Shown here in pieces: positions 47,298 through 59,655 of a stretch of 64,000 nt of DNA. The stretch is from Macrostomum lignano (Eukaryota). The DNA lies in assembly GCA_002269645.1 (NCBI GenBank), contig NIVC01000694.1:378464-442463 (forward strand). The letters run 5' to 3'. The notes under the pieces were generated by a model that saw nothing but the letters and a program-made list of their open reading frames with translations, made no database searches and was not told where the DNA came from. Made by a program: the position numbers and the translations under genes. Within the stretch, counting starts at the first letter, position 1. Each line of letters starts with the position of its first letter.

Positions 47298-48044
47298 ACT
47301 GCATAAATTTAGGTTTGAAATCAAGTCTGAGTATTAAATCCTATCTCATCTGTTCAGTGTCACGGGTAGGCGCTACATCTGCTACCTCTTGCACAGAGAT
47401 TAGTCTATAAAAAGTGTTTGCAGTCTGCTGTGCATTTCTTTTGCCGCTTCTTTGTGGGGCATTGCTGAAGTTTGCTGCAAAACTATTCATAAGAAAAAAT
47501 TCTAAGACGCATTGTGGTGCCCCACTTCGCCCTACTGTGCTGGAGCAGCCATTGTATTTGGAGGGTAATCTGAATGCAAAAAACTGAAGTTCCCTCAACC
47601 TTCAACTGCACCTGCACAAAATTGCAAAGAAACTCCAGTGTACTCTGATAGGTGCGCACTCCAGTCACTCTGCAGAGTCTCTCAACTCTCTTTCAAGCAG
47701 CTCTTTAGTTTTTGCTCTGCTGTGAAGTTCCTCTGGTCTATCGGGTAAAAAGAAAACTGAAGTAAAAAGTAAAGTTCAAGCAATTTTTTCTTGTTTAACT
47801 TTCTATTTTCCAGATTTTTCAATGCGTATCAGCTGCAATGCCAGCAGATATTGACAGCTCGTAGGGCCCCAGTCTCTCACCTGGGTTGGAGCAATCTATC
47901 GATGAAGTATTACATTTTAAAATATTGCCATCTCTCCAATGTATCCGCATTGTGTAAGAATAAGAAAAAGAAACCAAGTGCGGCACTTACTATCGCTATA
48001 TAGCGAGTCAGCATACGCGAGAACTTGTCTTCGCTCAGAATAAA

Positions 48045-48242
48045 CATACTCTTGACATATACGCGCATGTGCATAGTGTGCATGAGGGATTCAGGTAATT
48101 GGTACGGGTGCGTACGGATTTTTGCTCCTTGTTTCTGCGTATTTGCTATGCAGACTAATTGCTGACCATGACAGCTAACTTAAATTTGACTTGCAAGATA
48201 GGTCTATTTGTTTCACAATGCAGAATATACAAGCTCAGCCAT
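48045..48242 (-). pseudogene. 5' remnant of a MAELAY-type family member
   Basis: ATG GCT GAG CTT GTA TAT TCT GCA TTG TGA at 48242; colinear with 9940-10147 and with the start of 52973. Confidence 0.7.
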
Positions 48243-49588
48243 GGCTCTCTACATGCTTGGCGATAGCAGAGACCAGTATAAGAATTGATATTTCAACAAT
48301 TTGAGTGAAGCAGAAGACTGGAACACAATGGAGAGTTCAAGTGTACAAAATAAATATTTAGATGCACGGTTGGCCAGTCATTTAAGCCTTGAATTGTCTA
48401 GAGGGGTGAGGCACAGCGTCTGTGCAGCAGACATATTTAGAGAGAGAAGATAGATAAAGTGTTGAGCAATAGTAAGTGTGCTCAGAGTGTATAGTCAATC
48501 AAAACTGAACTTCCCTTTTTGCCTCGGCTGCGCCATTGAATGCAAGCTTTCACTTTCATAGTTGTGAGCTACTCCAATGCACACAGGATGGTCTTCGAAC
48601 TTCTCCCTGTCTAAGTGTTCGCTCAGTGTACAAAAGTTTATTTAACCGTCTGAGATTCAAAAACAGAGGGTGAGCACGCGCCTTGTCTCACTTCCATTGA
48701 TCGGATCCGGGGCTTTTGCATAGAAGCACTGCGCCTGCCTGGCAAAATGGAGCTTGGGAGCTTGGGGGACCGCTGCGGCTTCTGGGATCAGGGCCATAGG
48801 GAAGTGAGAGGATAGGGAAGAAGGAAAAGAACTGAGTGGGAGAAAAGGGAAAGTTATACTCGTAGAGTCTAGGTTAAGTATCACTGAGTATCATTCAGTG
48901 TCATCTTTAAATAACTTGAGTATATTTAAGTATCATAAAGTATTCAGTATCCAGTATTACTAAGTAATCCAGCTAAAATCCAGGCACTTATTAAAAACTT
49001 GTGCCGAGAACGTTAGCATTAAGAGGAATTGTTGAAGCTGATTAAATAGTCGGTCATATAAAAATTAGACACAGAAGTAACTTTTTTTACACACGAAAGA
49101 ATTTAGCTCGTATTACTTAAAAATGGGTGGGATAGGATAGAATAAATAGTGCAATGATGTACCATTTTAAGTAGTCAAAAAGTAAATTGACGGCTTCATG
49201 GAAACAGGGTCAAATATAAAATGAAAAATAAAAATAAGTTACGATTTAACTGCTAAGTACACAGCCAAAAAGGGAAAATAAATAATTAAATGAATATATT
49301 TTAAATATTAAGTATAAATGTTGCGGAACATATTGTATTTGTATAAATATTCTGTTGTGGATCAAACCTTGCAGTTAACACTTGTATTTTATCGTTCGAA
49401 ATAAGATATAGGCATAGCAACTCTTACAGAAAGAAAAGGAAAGCTTTAGCAGCTTTGGTTAGGAGTTGAGGTTATAGATAAGTAAGAGGTTATAGATAGC
49501 TCGTAAAGTAAAGAAAGTAAAGAATCAAGTCTATCATTGAAAGAATAAATAACGGTCAAGCTATTCTTCAGGGCACAACATATTCCGT

Positions 49589-50506
49589 CTATTTGATTCC
49601 GTACATCCTCATCTTAGCCTCCATCTCAGCCATCCTTGCCCTCTGTTCATCGAGCTCCTGCTGCTGCAGAGCGATGCGGTCGTCCTTCTCCAGGTCTTTT
49701 CGATAGAATTCCAGTGCGGTCTGCAGCGCTTCGATCGCCTTCTTGTCCAGCTGGATGGTTTCGGCTTTGTCTCCGCTGCTCTTCAGCCTCTTGGCGATAA
49801 CTTCCAGTTGGTTTGAGTCGTCTCTGAAGCCTCTGGCCAGCTCACGCATCGCCTTCACATCGACCACTGTGTTCCTGGCCACCACACCGGCTCCAACGCC
49901 GCAGGCTGTGCCAGCAGCGGCACCAGCTGCAATCCAGGCGAGTCCGCCGGTGAAGAAGCCGAGAGCCGCGAGCCCGATCCCTCCAATCGCCAGGCCGGCA
50001 GTCTTTGCCGCTCCCCTGTTTCTCGTGCTGTTCGCTTCCTTCTCCAGCTCATCCGCTTTCTGCTTCAGCTTATCAGTGAGTTTCGTGGCGATTTGCTGTG
50101 CTTTGAGCAAGTGGCCGATGAATTCATCGAATGCGGCTGAGAAGTCGCTCGCCATTCTATGAGTAGAGATGAGCATCTCACAGAACTCCCTGACTACTTC
50201 TGGAGGGACGCTGCTCTTGATTTTTGTACTCACGAATCTCTCGAACACTTGGATTTCTTTCCCGAAGTTCTGGAGCCAGACTTCCAGCTTGGATCCGGAG
50301 CTCCGCACTTTTTCCAGCTGCAGCTTCAGTTCCTTCAGCAGCGGCTCATTGGGCAGGTCGAGTTGATCCACCTCGCTTGCGTGCTTCTTCGTTTGCTCGA
50401 TAACTCTGTACAGCTCGGTTCTATCGTCTTGGAGCAACTTCATCGTTTTGACAGCCTTGCTGATGCCGCTCAGGACGTCGCCGATCTCTCCCAGCTTCTC
50501 AGCCAT
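49589..50506 (-). CDS. 305-aa paralog of 11666-12730 with a shorter coiled-coil stalk
   Basis: Intact ORF, near-identical N-terminal half (MAEKLGEIGDVLSGISKAVK...), same hydrophobic hairpin. Confidence 0.85.
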   Translation of the reverse strand: MAEKLGEIGDVLSGISKAVKTMKLLQDDRTELYRVIEQTKKHASEVDQLDLPNEPLLKELKLQLEKVRSSGSKLEVWLQNFGKEIQVFERFVSTKIKSSVPPEVVREFCEMLISTHRMASDFSAAFDEFIGHLLKAQQIATKLTDKLKQKADELEKEANSTRNRGAAKTAGLAIGGIGLAALGFFTGGLAWIAAGAAAGTACGVGAGVVARNTVVDVKAMRELARGFRDDSNQLEVIAKRLKSSGDKAETIQLDKKAIEALQTALEFYRKDLEKDDRIALQQQELDEQRARMAEMEAKMRMYGIK

Positions 50507-51112
50507 GACTCTTCGAATAGTTTATGTATTGCTTTTGTTTGGAACTGCTTCACGATTGTCTTTTCTTAAGCTATACGCGTTTTTTAGCGTATGCAAATTT
50601 CGGTTTCTGGAAAAGTATTTAAGATTATAGAGTGAGCAGCTCGCGCTTGATTTTCCAAAAAAAGTTTTGGCACCCAAATAAATAGAAAATGAGAATGGGC
50701 TGAAACACATGCTCACGTAGTTGTTGGTACCTTGTTAAAGATACAGCCATTTATGCATTTTTCAGTACACTATTTAATGAATTATCTCTTGCATTTTACC
50801 CTCCACTTGAGCATATTTGTCATAGTGCAAGTCAGCTCTGCCCTGGTACCCTGATTCGCGAGCATCTCAACAATGGCGTACGATAATTCCAATGAATTAT
50901 GTGCTCAAAACGCACGTGTTTTGCCTTACCTTGAGATTCTCGCAGCTGGAGGCAAAACGCTCTTGCAGTTGCAGGTGTGCATATTAATTAAACCGAACTT
51001 CCCTTTCTAATAAGCTCAATGCACAGCTCGGTGCCGCAGCACCAGTCTGCAAGTCTGCAATCTGCTATGACAAGCTTTGCAGAATCTCGCTCTTGAAAGC
51101 GTGGTTCATGGC

Positions 51113-51581
<469 letters not shown>

Positions 51582-52013
51582 CTCTCCGGGGCAACCCGAG
51601 ACCGAAATCGAAGCAAGATCAGACATTGGTATTTCACTTTCTGTGTCGTTAAAATGTTGGTGTCCAAATCTTGGCACGGACATGTGATTTTTAAACAATC
51701 ATTTTCGAATTAAACTTCGTATAATACACCTTCAAAAGTACCACTCATATTTGAAATACTATTTAATTGTACTCAGTATAGCTGTAAAGCATGGTAATAA
51801 AAGCAGTATACTAACATACTCACATAAGCTGCAATACCAGCTCAATGATTGAAGTACCACTTCGAGAAAAATTACATTTGTTTTGTCTGGTGTAAATAGT
51901 AAATCGAAAATAAAACTACTCTGAGTTCTGCCTGCTTTTGCCTAAATGAAACCAAAGAAACATTACAATGAATTTTAAGTTAGTTATTTAATGAAAAGAT
52001 AAGAAAATTTTAT

Positions 52014-52973
52014 CTATTTAATGCCGTGCATCCTCATCTTGGCCTCCAACTCAGCAATCCTTGCATCCATTGCATCGCGCTGCTCCTGCTGCCGCCGAGC
52101 GATGCGGCCGTCCTGGTCCAGAAGTAGAAATCCAGCTCCACTTGCTTCACCACCGCTTTCATCCGGGCTTTCATCCCTGCTGAGCAGCTCCAACAGTGTC
52201 TGCAGCGCCTCGATGTCCTCGTCTAGTCGGATGCGTCCGGCCTTGTCGAGAATGCTCTCAATATTCCTTGCTATAACAGCTAGTTTCATTGAGCAATTTC
52301 GCATGTTCTCAACCTGCCGTTGTTTTGTTTTTGCGTTAGCGACAGTGGTTGCAGCAACGGCACCGGCAGCGACACTAGAGGTGGCTCCAGCGGTAGCGGC
52401 GGCAGCTGCGGCTGCAGCGGCCACCAGGGCAGCTCCTCCAGTAAATAAACTGACGGCCGCGAGCCCGGCTCCTCCAACAGCCAGACCGGCTGCTCCTGCC
52501 GCCCCTCGGATTCTCGTCTGGTGCTTTTGCCGCTTGAGCTCCTCCGCCTTCTGTGTGAGCCTCTCACAGAGCTTCTTTGCGAGCCGATGCGAGTCATTCA
52601 GTCCGTCGTTGAATCTTCCAAGAGCTTCACGCGAGTCTCTGAGACTCCGAATTGATTGCTGCACCTTTTCACAAAACTCTCTCTTTGCTTCACGAGTAAA
52701 CTCGCTAGAGACGGGAAACAGTCGTTGAAAATGGTTGAACAATTCTTTTACTTCCGAGTACCGACACCACGACATGAGCTCGTATCCAATATCGCATACG
52801 CTCTGCAGTGCCCGTCTCAGTTTCTCTGACTTCGGCTCATCAGTCAGTCTTATTTCTTCCATTTGTGTGGCCAGGTGATTCGTCTCCTCGATAAGACAGT
52901 GCAGCTCATAACTGCATCCATTAGATGTTGACGTCCTGAAAATTCGCGATGCAAAATATGCAAGCTCAGCCAT
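52014..52973 (-). CDS. 319-aa diverged member of the same coiled-coil/hydrophobic-hairpin family
   Basis: Shared motifs REF, LT.KA.EL, G.AGLA.G..GL.A...FTGG.A..AA, IEALQT.LE, D.RIA.QQ and K-M-R-x-(H/Y)-G-I-K; longer Ala-rich hairpin. Confidence 0.85.
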   Translation of the reverse strand: MAELAYFASRIFRTSTSNGCSYELHCLIEETNHLATQMEEIRLTDEPKSEKLRRALQSVCDIGYELMSWCRYSEVKELFNHFQRLFPVSSEFTREAKREFCEKVQQSIRSLRDSREALGRFNDGLNDSHRLAKKLCERLTQKAEELKRQKHQTRIRGAAGAAGLAVGGAGLAAVSLFTGGAALVAAAAAAAAATAGATSSVAAGAVAATTVANAKTKQRQVENMRNCSMKLAVIARNIESILDKAGRIRLDEDIEALQTLLELLSRDESPDESGGEASGAGFLLLDQDGRIARRQQEQRDAMDARIAELEAKMRMHGIK

Positions 52974-53217
52974 GGTTTTCTACACTTTCTGCTTGGCGAA
53001 AGCACAGACAAGCATATGAATTAATCCTTCAACCCGTTGAGTGAAGCAGAGGATGGAACACAAATGGAGTTCAAGTGTACTAATTTAGCCGCATCGTTGG
53101 CCAGTCATTTAAGCCTTGAATTGTCTTGAGGCGGGGCTCAGCGTCTGAGCAGCAGACATGAGAGAGATAGCTAAAATCGATTAAGCAGCAGTAAGTGTTG
53201 CTCAGAGTGTACTCAAT

Positions 53218-53420
53218 AAAACAGAACTTCCATTTTTGCCTCGGCTAGGCCATTGAATGCAAGCTTTCGAGTACATACTGGTAGTTGTGAGCTACTCCTA
53301 TGCACAGTACGTTCTCGAACTTCTCCCTGTCTAAGTGTTCGCTCAGTGCAAAATAAGTTTATTTATCCGTCTGAGATTTAGCAAATAGAGGGTGAGCACG
53401 CACATTGTCTCACTTCAATG
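53218..53420 (-). promoter_or_regulatory. Conserved upstream block of the MAELAY/C-type genes (also at ~10400-10580, ~40050-40170 and ~48500-48690)
   Basis: aactgaacttcc..tttg, agctactcc and gaacttctccctgtct are retained in all four copies ~250-450 bp upstream of the starts, even where the adjacent coding sequence has diverged. Confidence 0.5.
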
Positions 53421-53623
53421 AGCAAATCCAGGGCTTTTGCATAGAAGCTCTGCGCCTGCCTGGCAGCATGAGGCTTGCGGGGCTTGGGGGACCGCTGAGT
53501 GCGGCTTCTGGGGCGATACGGAAGTGGAGGATAGGGGAGAAGGATAATAACTGGGAGGGGAGAAAAGGGACAGGGTGTAGAGACAGGCGAAAATTATGGA
53601 GACGAGCTCGTCCCGGTTGAATA

Positions 53624-54012
53624 TCACTGAGTATCTCTGAGTGTCATTGAGTATCATTGAGTATCATTGAGTATCATTGAGTATCGTTGAGTGTCACTGA
53701 GTGTCACTGAGTGTCATTGAGTATCATTGAGTATCATTTAGTATCATTGAGTATCGTTGAGTGTCACTGAGTGTCACTGAGTGTCATTGAGTATCATTGA
53801 GTATCATTTAGTATCATTGAGTATCGTTGAGTGTCACTGAGTGTCACTGAGTGTCATTGAGTATCATTGAGCATCATTGGCTATCATTAAGTATTATTGC
53901 GCAGTGGAATTGATCATTGAATGATATCGAGTATCATTGAGTATCATTGAGTATCATTTAGTATCTTTGAGTGTCATTGAGTATCGTTGAGTATCATTGA
54001 GTATCGTTGGGC
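53624..54012. repeat. 10-bp satellite (gagtatcatt / gagtgtcact)n
   Basis: Direct; a short degenerate version lies at the paralogous position ~48870-48960. Confidence 0.95.
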
Positions 54013-54357
54013 ATCATTCAGCCTTGAGATCGCTAACTCGAATGTGTCCTTAGGCCAGTAGGCTTAATAATCAATTCTAACACCTCCTTACATCTTACTT
54101 TTTGCTCATGAAAATTCTGCATCTAGCGGCTCATCTTAAGTCATTACTACTAAGCACTACAAATTAAACTCACAATACTACTAATACTAACACTACAGTT
54201 TGTACTAGTCTGCAGTTGCTAAACCAGTAAAGTCTAAATCAAGACAATGAAATCGTTAAATAAATAAAATAATTGTTCGGTAGAGATTCCGTCTATTGGG
54301 GTTGGTGAGTTGGTTAGGTTCAATTGACTTTAATCATGTTGCATTGATCATTGAAGC

Positions 54358-54510
54358 GTGATCAGTGACAATGAAGAAAAAAAACTCTGGGAACCTGTGC
54401 TGGGCAACAGTTCTCCAATGCAGCTTCTTCGCAAATGCGTAAGTGGGTTGCACTTCGCTCTCCGCGGCGTAAAAGAGCACAGCAATCTAGACATTGGGCA
54501 ATTTAGAAAT
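54358..54510 (+). pseudogene. Fragment resembling the DUF3504 / Crypton-type tyrosine-recombinase domain
   Basis: ISDNEEKKLWEPVLGNSSPMQLLRKCV..GLHFALRGVKEHSNL resembles the EE..LW...LG...P..LL...G..FALRG..EH..L pattern of Crypton-A/ZMYM DUF3504 domains. Confidence 0.6.
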
Positions 54511-54726
54511 CAGGAGAGAAATGGTAGGCGTAACAACAACAAACAACAAAATACGCAATTAGCGTCACAGGGCGCGCTTCAAGGCCAGGTCGCGAACGAA
54601 CGCCACACCACCGGCCGAATCCGGGGCGCCGGCGTCAGCCAGCAGGCAGTCGACGAAACGCAGAGTGCGCGCCTGCCCCGCCGGTAGGGTGCCTGCAGCG
54701 TTAGCAGCTGTTGCCAGCTGTTGGAT

Positions 54727-55175
54727 CTGGTAAATCTCTTTAAATCTCTTTATTAGGACTTGCTAAGCATTACGGGAAATATCACTCAGCAACATCGAAA
54801 AGTCGCAATCACATAAGATTCCGTCTGTGGTCGCCACTTTTGAGAGTGCAGGTAAAGTCTCTCAATCTTTGCGAGTGTCGCAACTCAGCTACGCCGCGGC
54901 AGACTTGAGTTGAGGAATGAAGTGGAGCAGCGATGTGAGAGGGTTGGGCGGATTAAAGCTACCCCGATCACTTTTCTCATGTCTTTTATTTCAGAATAAA
55001 AGTCCAAGTCCAAGAGAAATTGCTCACTGGCGCATAGAATTGTCGACTTTTTCAAAGTTGCTGAGTGTATTTTAACGATATATTATAGAATATTCATCAG
55101 CGAGAAAAACTTTTCGCTTACGGGCACAATGCACTGCGGCAAATCTGGGCGGCCAGTTCGTCCTGTCTGCGGCCA
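54727..55175. repeat. Paralog of the sequence flanking the Polinton-like element (empty insertion site)
   Basis: atctggtaaatctctttaaatctctttat-taggac-ttgctaagcattacgggaaatatc joins the left flank (13800-13833) to the right flank (32252-32625). Confidence 0.9.
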
Positions 55176-56460
55176 ATTCTCATGGACCCGTTCTCTCTGG
55201 ACCTCTCTGTCCAATTCAATCTTGTTATTCTTATCTTTTTCTCCCTAGCTGCCTTCTGATTGGCTCCTCAATCTCGCCTCTTTCCTTAGCCGCGCATTCC
55301 ACCCCTCCGTTTATTATTAGGACTGTCGCGTTGTTTAGGAGTTCAACTAAGTAAGCACGATGATTTGGTAAAATAAACGATGTCTCTGTTTCGATATATT
55401 ATTAGTCATAAACGATGCTAACAAAATCGATACAAAAAATAATTATTGGCGGGGGTGGCGGGGCGCACGTGGACTAAATGGGGTGGTGTGCACACTAGAT
55501 GTACGCAATCAATAACTCAATAATAGTCATTTAATTAGTCATTTAGCGCAAGTACAGCGGCAGGCTCAAACGCTGCCTCATGGACTCAACCCTCCCCTCC
55601 AATTCAATGTCATAAATACCAATTTGGGCCCGGCGCCCCACCTTATTTCTCTACACTGACCGCTTTACACAGCCTATCGCTTAATCATTTGCTTAGCTCA
55701 ATTCGGTTAGTTGCGAAGCTCGGCCATAGACTATGATTTTAGCGCCCTGTATTGAGAATTTTTATTTTAGCAGCTTTCGCAATCTCCCCAGTTTAGCCTA
55801 TGATCTGTGGGCTCAGTTGCAGTGCAGTTCATTCTGAGCGCCTTTCCCCAGCTTGTATTCAGCAGAGGCGAGCGAGCAGCGAGCAAATCTGAGGCTTTGT
55901 TTTTTTTTAGCAAAGGACCTGACTGGGTAAGTTCAACTTCTGACAGATTCTGCTATGCCTAATAGGAGCTATATGGAATATTTGTTCGCAAAGAGATTCC
56001 ATAGGGACCTATTTTATTGCATAGCATAGCTTTAAAGTAGAGACTTGACGTACAGTTTAGATGGCAATGCTTTACAGTTTTTGTTCTATGTTATATAAAA
56101 GCAATATAGATTAAGAGAACTCTGTCATCGTGACAGCCTATCTGTCATGTCATTCTTTATTTCGACTTCTTGCTTTTTCAATTTAAATTTGCTGTAGCAG
56201 CAGCAGCAGCAGTCTAATGCTCTCTATTTACTGTTTGTTGAGTCTCCGAGATCTCAAACATAAGGTTAGAAATCAAATGTTTTACTTGATGGCAAGTGGC
56301 CCAAAACTACGCTTGAGAAGTTTTGTGGGACTTCTTCAAGTTTATGTTGATAAAATAGTTGCAATTTTGATAGGATCATAAATTTGTCTCTATAAGGGTT
56401 TTTGATGGTGCTGATTTCAAATTTGAGATCCATTTTTTGGTAGCTTTAACCCAATTATAT

Positions 56461-56745
56461 GTAGCTTAAAACCAACCACCGGGGCATGGGGAATGGGGGT
56501 TTTAGGGTGGGGAGATTCTTCATGGGGATTGATTTTATCAACATAAACTTGAATAGAGACATGGAGACCTATTCAAGATTGTGTTGATTTATTCCCATCC
56601 TAATAGGGGGGGGGGTCGTAGCTTAAAACCGACCACCGGGGCATGGGGAATGGGGGGTTTTAGAGTGGGGAGATTCTTCATGGGGATTGATTTTATCAAC
56701 ATAAACTTGAATAGAGGGCATGGAGACCTACTCAAAAATGTGTTG
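56461..56745. repeat. ~157-bp direct tandem duplication
   Basis: gtagcttaaaacc.accaccggggcatgg at 56461 and 56618. Confidence 0.9.
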
Positions 56746-57112
56746 ATGAATTCCGCCGTATTACAACAAATAGCATATAAGAAAAAGACTTAAATGAAAC
56801 ACTCACCTTTATTAAATGCATCTTATATGTTGATCCTCAATTGACAAATTAGACAAACGGACACCGGGGTTCAATAAATAGCTTAGTATATAGATAACTT
56901 ATACTCTAAGATACAATTTATAGTAACATATTTTGGCAACAGCAACACTCAATTTCAGAGGCAAACTAGCAATCTTCGCCCCCCGTTGGGGGACATCTGT
57001 ATAGAATCTCTGTTCTCTACAAGTAACAAAAAGATAGCGAAATAAAGCCTTCACAAAGAAAACAGACAAAATACTCAAATGAAGTGCAATGCAAAAAGAA
57101 ATCATCGCAAGA

Positions 57113-57232
57113 CAGCAAGCATCCCCCACATAGCAAGCATCCCCCAGATTGCAAGCATCCCCCGAATAGCAAGCATCCCCCAGATAGCAAGCATCCCCCA
57201 GATAGCAAGCATCCCCCAGATAGCAAGAATAA
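57113..57232. repeat. 18-bp minisatellite (agcaagcatcccccagat)n
   Basis: About 6.5 direct copies. Confidence 0.92.
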
Positions 57233-58647
57233 GCCGAATAAGCAAGGGACAAATTGAAACGGTTTTCCTAAATTTTTCTATTGTTACATATTAAATATGT
57301 TTGTACTCACAAAAGTATTGCTATTATCTCTGCGATTCTTGGTTGCTATTATCTCTTTGTGATTTTTATTAGAATTATATAGCATAAAAATTACGCATTT
57401 CATGCACATTTGTACAAAGCAATGTAACATCCGTAAGAATGCAGTATTAGTATTTAAACAAAGATAAATAGACTTGCCACACAGAAAGTAAGGTTTATCT
57501 GTGAAGAAATAAAAATGATAAGTTAAGGCATTTTTAAACAGTAACCTAGAGATTAGTCATTTTTTTACATACACATTGGTTGATGACAACTCGCACTGAA
57601 ATTAATTTGAGCCGAAAATTGTTGTTTTTATAATAATGCCCTACTATGACCATACATACAGAATAAACTGCATGACGCGTACTAAAACGAACAATATTTG
57701 TACTGCAGTGGTCCTTAAAACAGATTTTATGAAAAGTTACAATGGCAAGAACAAATAGATGTTGCTTCTTGAATCTTGATTTAATACATATACATAAAAA
57801 TCTTCAAAGTGTCTTTCACTTTACATATCAAATCTCCATTTTAAGTCAAGTTAATAATGGATAAGCCTAGTAGCTAAATTCAGTGGTGACTGCAAATCGT
57901 ACGAAAACTTATATCAGTAATGAAGGACTTAAAAGGGCCTCGATTATTTCTCACTGTTGACTGTTATCTTTTATTGGTTTTATAATTTCAAAAATGTGCA
58001 GCAGCAAAAGAATATTAATTGGTGTATTTTTATGGGAATATTATCCATTCAACAGCTCAATTTGTCTTTATTGAATACATACTCATATCAACTATGCTGC
58101 TTTACTAATACATTGTTAAACAGTACCACCAAAATGTTGAATTCGTCCATTTTCTCTGCCCTTATTTCATTGATTATTCTACTTATAGATTATATTTTCC
58201 ATAAAAAATACATACACCAAAATTTAAAGTCTTTATGCGATAATTAAGCTATCGCAGTCCATTCCTGCGAATACCAATAAAAGTGACTTCCAAAGTTATT
58301 ACTTATTAGTAGTGTCCGAATCAGAATAAACTATTAACACAAAAAATGCATGAGAAACAAAAAGTAAATTTCGGCAGTTTTTTATATATTATTATAGTAA
58401 ATGTATAGTTTTGGCCAATAAATAAATAGAATTCTTGTGAACGAAGGCCGAAATGAAGAGTGAATTTCGTTAAATTACATTCACCAACAAGACAACTCCG
58501 AATATTTAGCACAATATTTCTTTGCACACATGCCTTGTATGATTTTCTTGCAAAAGGCTTACCAACAAGATAGCCCATTGCACAATTTATATACATTTAA
58601 TTATTTTGGTGATTTATTACATTTAATTATCTGTTTTGACATGTTTA

Positions 58648-58765
58648 TGTTTGACGCGGTGGCTGTTTTATGTACGACATGGTGGCTCTTTAGTGTTTGA
58701 CATGGCGGCTCTTTTATGTTTTACATGGTGCCTCTTTAATGTATGACATTGTGGCTCCTTTTGTT
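58648..58765. repeat. Degenerate ~26-bp tandem repeat (tgacatggtggctctttta-like)
   Basis: About 4-5 diverged copies. Confidence 0.7.
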
Positions 58766-59044
58766 TGAAGAACCAAAAAAACCAAAAGACTCATTATTAA
58801 AACGGATTTATCATAAGACAAAGAGCTTTACTTTACTTAAATTGGTAAAGTGCTCCTAAGGTGCTCCTAACTCAGCATTTTAGTCGTAGTTTAACTTACT
58901 TAATCACTTAATCAAATTTTTATTTATTTTTTAATCCATTTTTTACTTAATCAAATACTTAACCTAGTTAACAGCAAAAATAGTTATAAATAGTCAAAAT
59001 ACAAATAGTCAAATAGTTAACAGCACAGAAATTAAAAAAATGAT

Positions 59045-59655
59045 TCATTCTTCAACGACAGTGCTGCGGCTGCGGCTGCGGCTGCGGCTGCGGCTGCGGC
59101 TGCGGCTGCGGCGGCGAGGTAGGTCTCTGCACTCTGCCGCAATGTGGCCGCGCCGCAGGCAGAATCTGCAGAGTCCAACTGTGAAAAGAAAGCGATTAGA
59201 TTTGTCAATATTAGTTTTGACGTATATTCACTTCACACGAAATGAGTGGTCAAACGAAAACTGATTTAGTCAAAACTACCCCTCTAAACAAACTCGTAAT
59301 ACAATTAACTTACGTGCGCGCATTTCGTCTCTCACAAATCGAGTTCGCGCTGAGCGCGAGTGTAGCTGCAGTTGATGCTGTTGCTGTTGCTGTTGCGGTT
59401 GTTGTTGTTGCTGTTGTTGTTGTTGCAGTTGTTGTTGTTGCTGTTGTTGTTGCTGCTCCTCTTGCTGTTGCTGCTGTTGCTGCATCGGCCAGGGTGCCGG
59501 TGGGAGAATAGGGGGTGGGTATGGGTTGGGATAGGGCATCCCAGTAGATGGGGGGGATAAAATACACCAGGAAATGGATAGGGATAGGGATAGGGATAGG
59601 GATACGGATAGGGATTGGGATAACTTAGGTAGGGATTACTTAGGTACGGATTCAT
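59045..59655 (-). CDS. Small two-exon protein: Pro/Tyr-rich region, polyQ, CCHC zinc knuckle and RS tail (~158 aa; 1-bp shift in a G7 run at ~59550)
   Basis: GT-AG intron 59313-59179 joins DEMRA-L-GLCRFCLRRGHIAAECRDLPRRRSRSRSRSRS..TVVEE* in frame; CX2CX4HX4C spacing. Confidence 0.7.

Noticed and set aside
53310-53330. Heat-shock element in the conserved upstream block (ttctcgaacttc)
   Set aside because: The third nGAAn unit is out of register, and spacing differs among the four paralogous copies.
56899-57294. Cys/Gly- or IASIPQ-repeat ORFs
   Set aside because: Arise from the 18-bp minisatellite; both strands are open only across the repeat.
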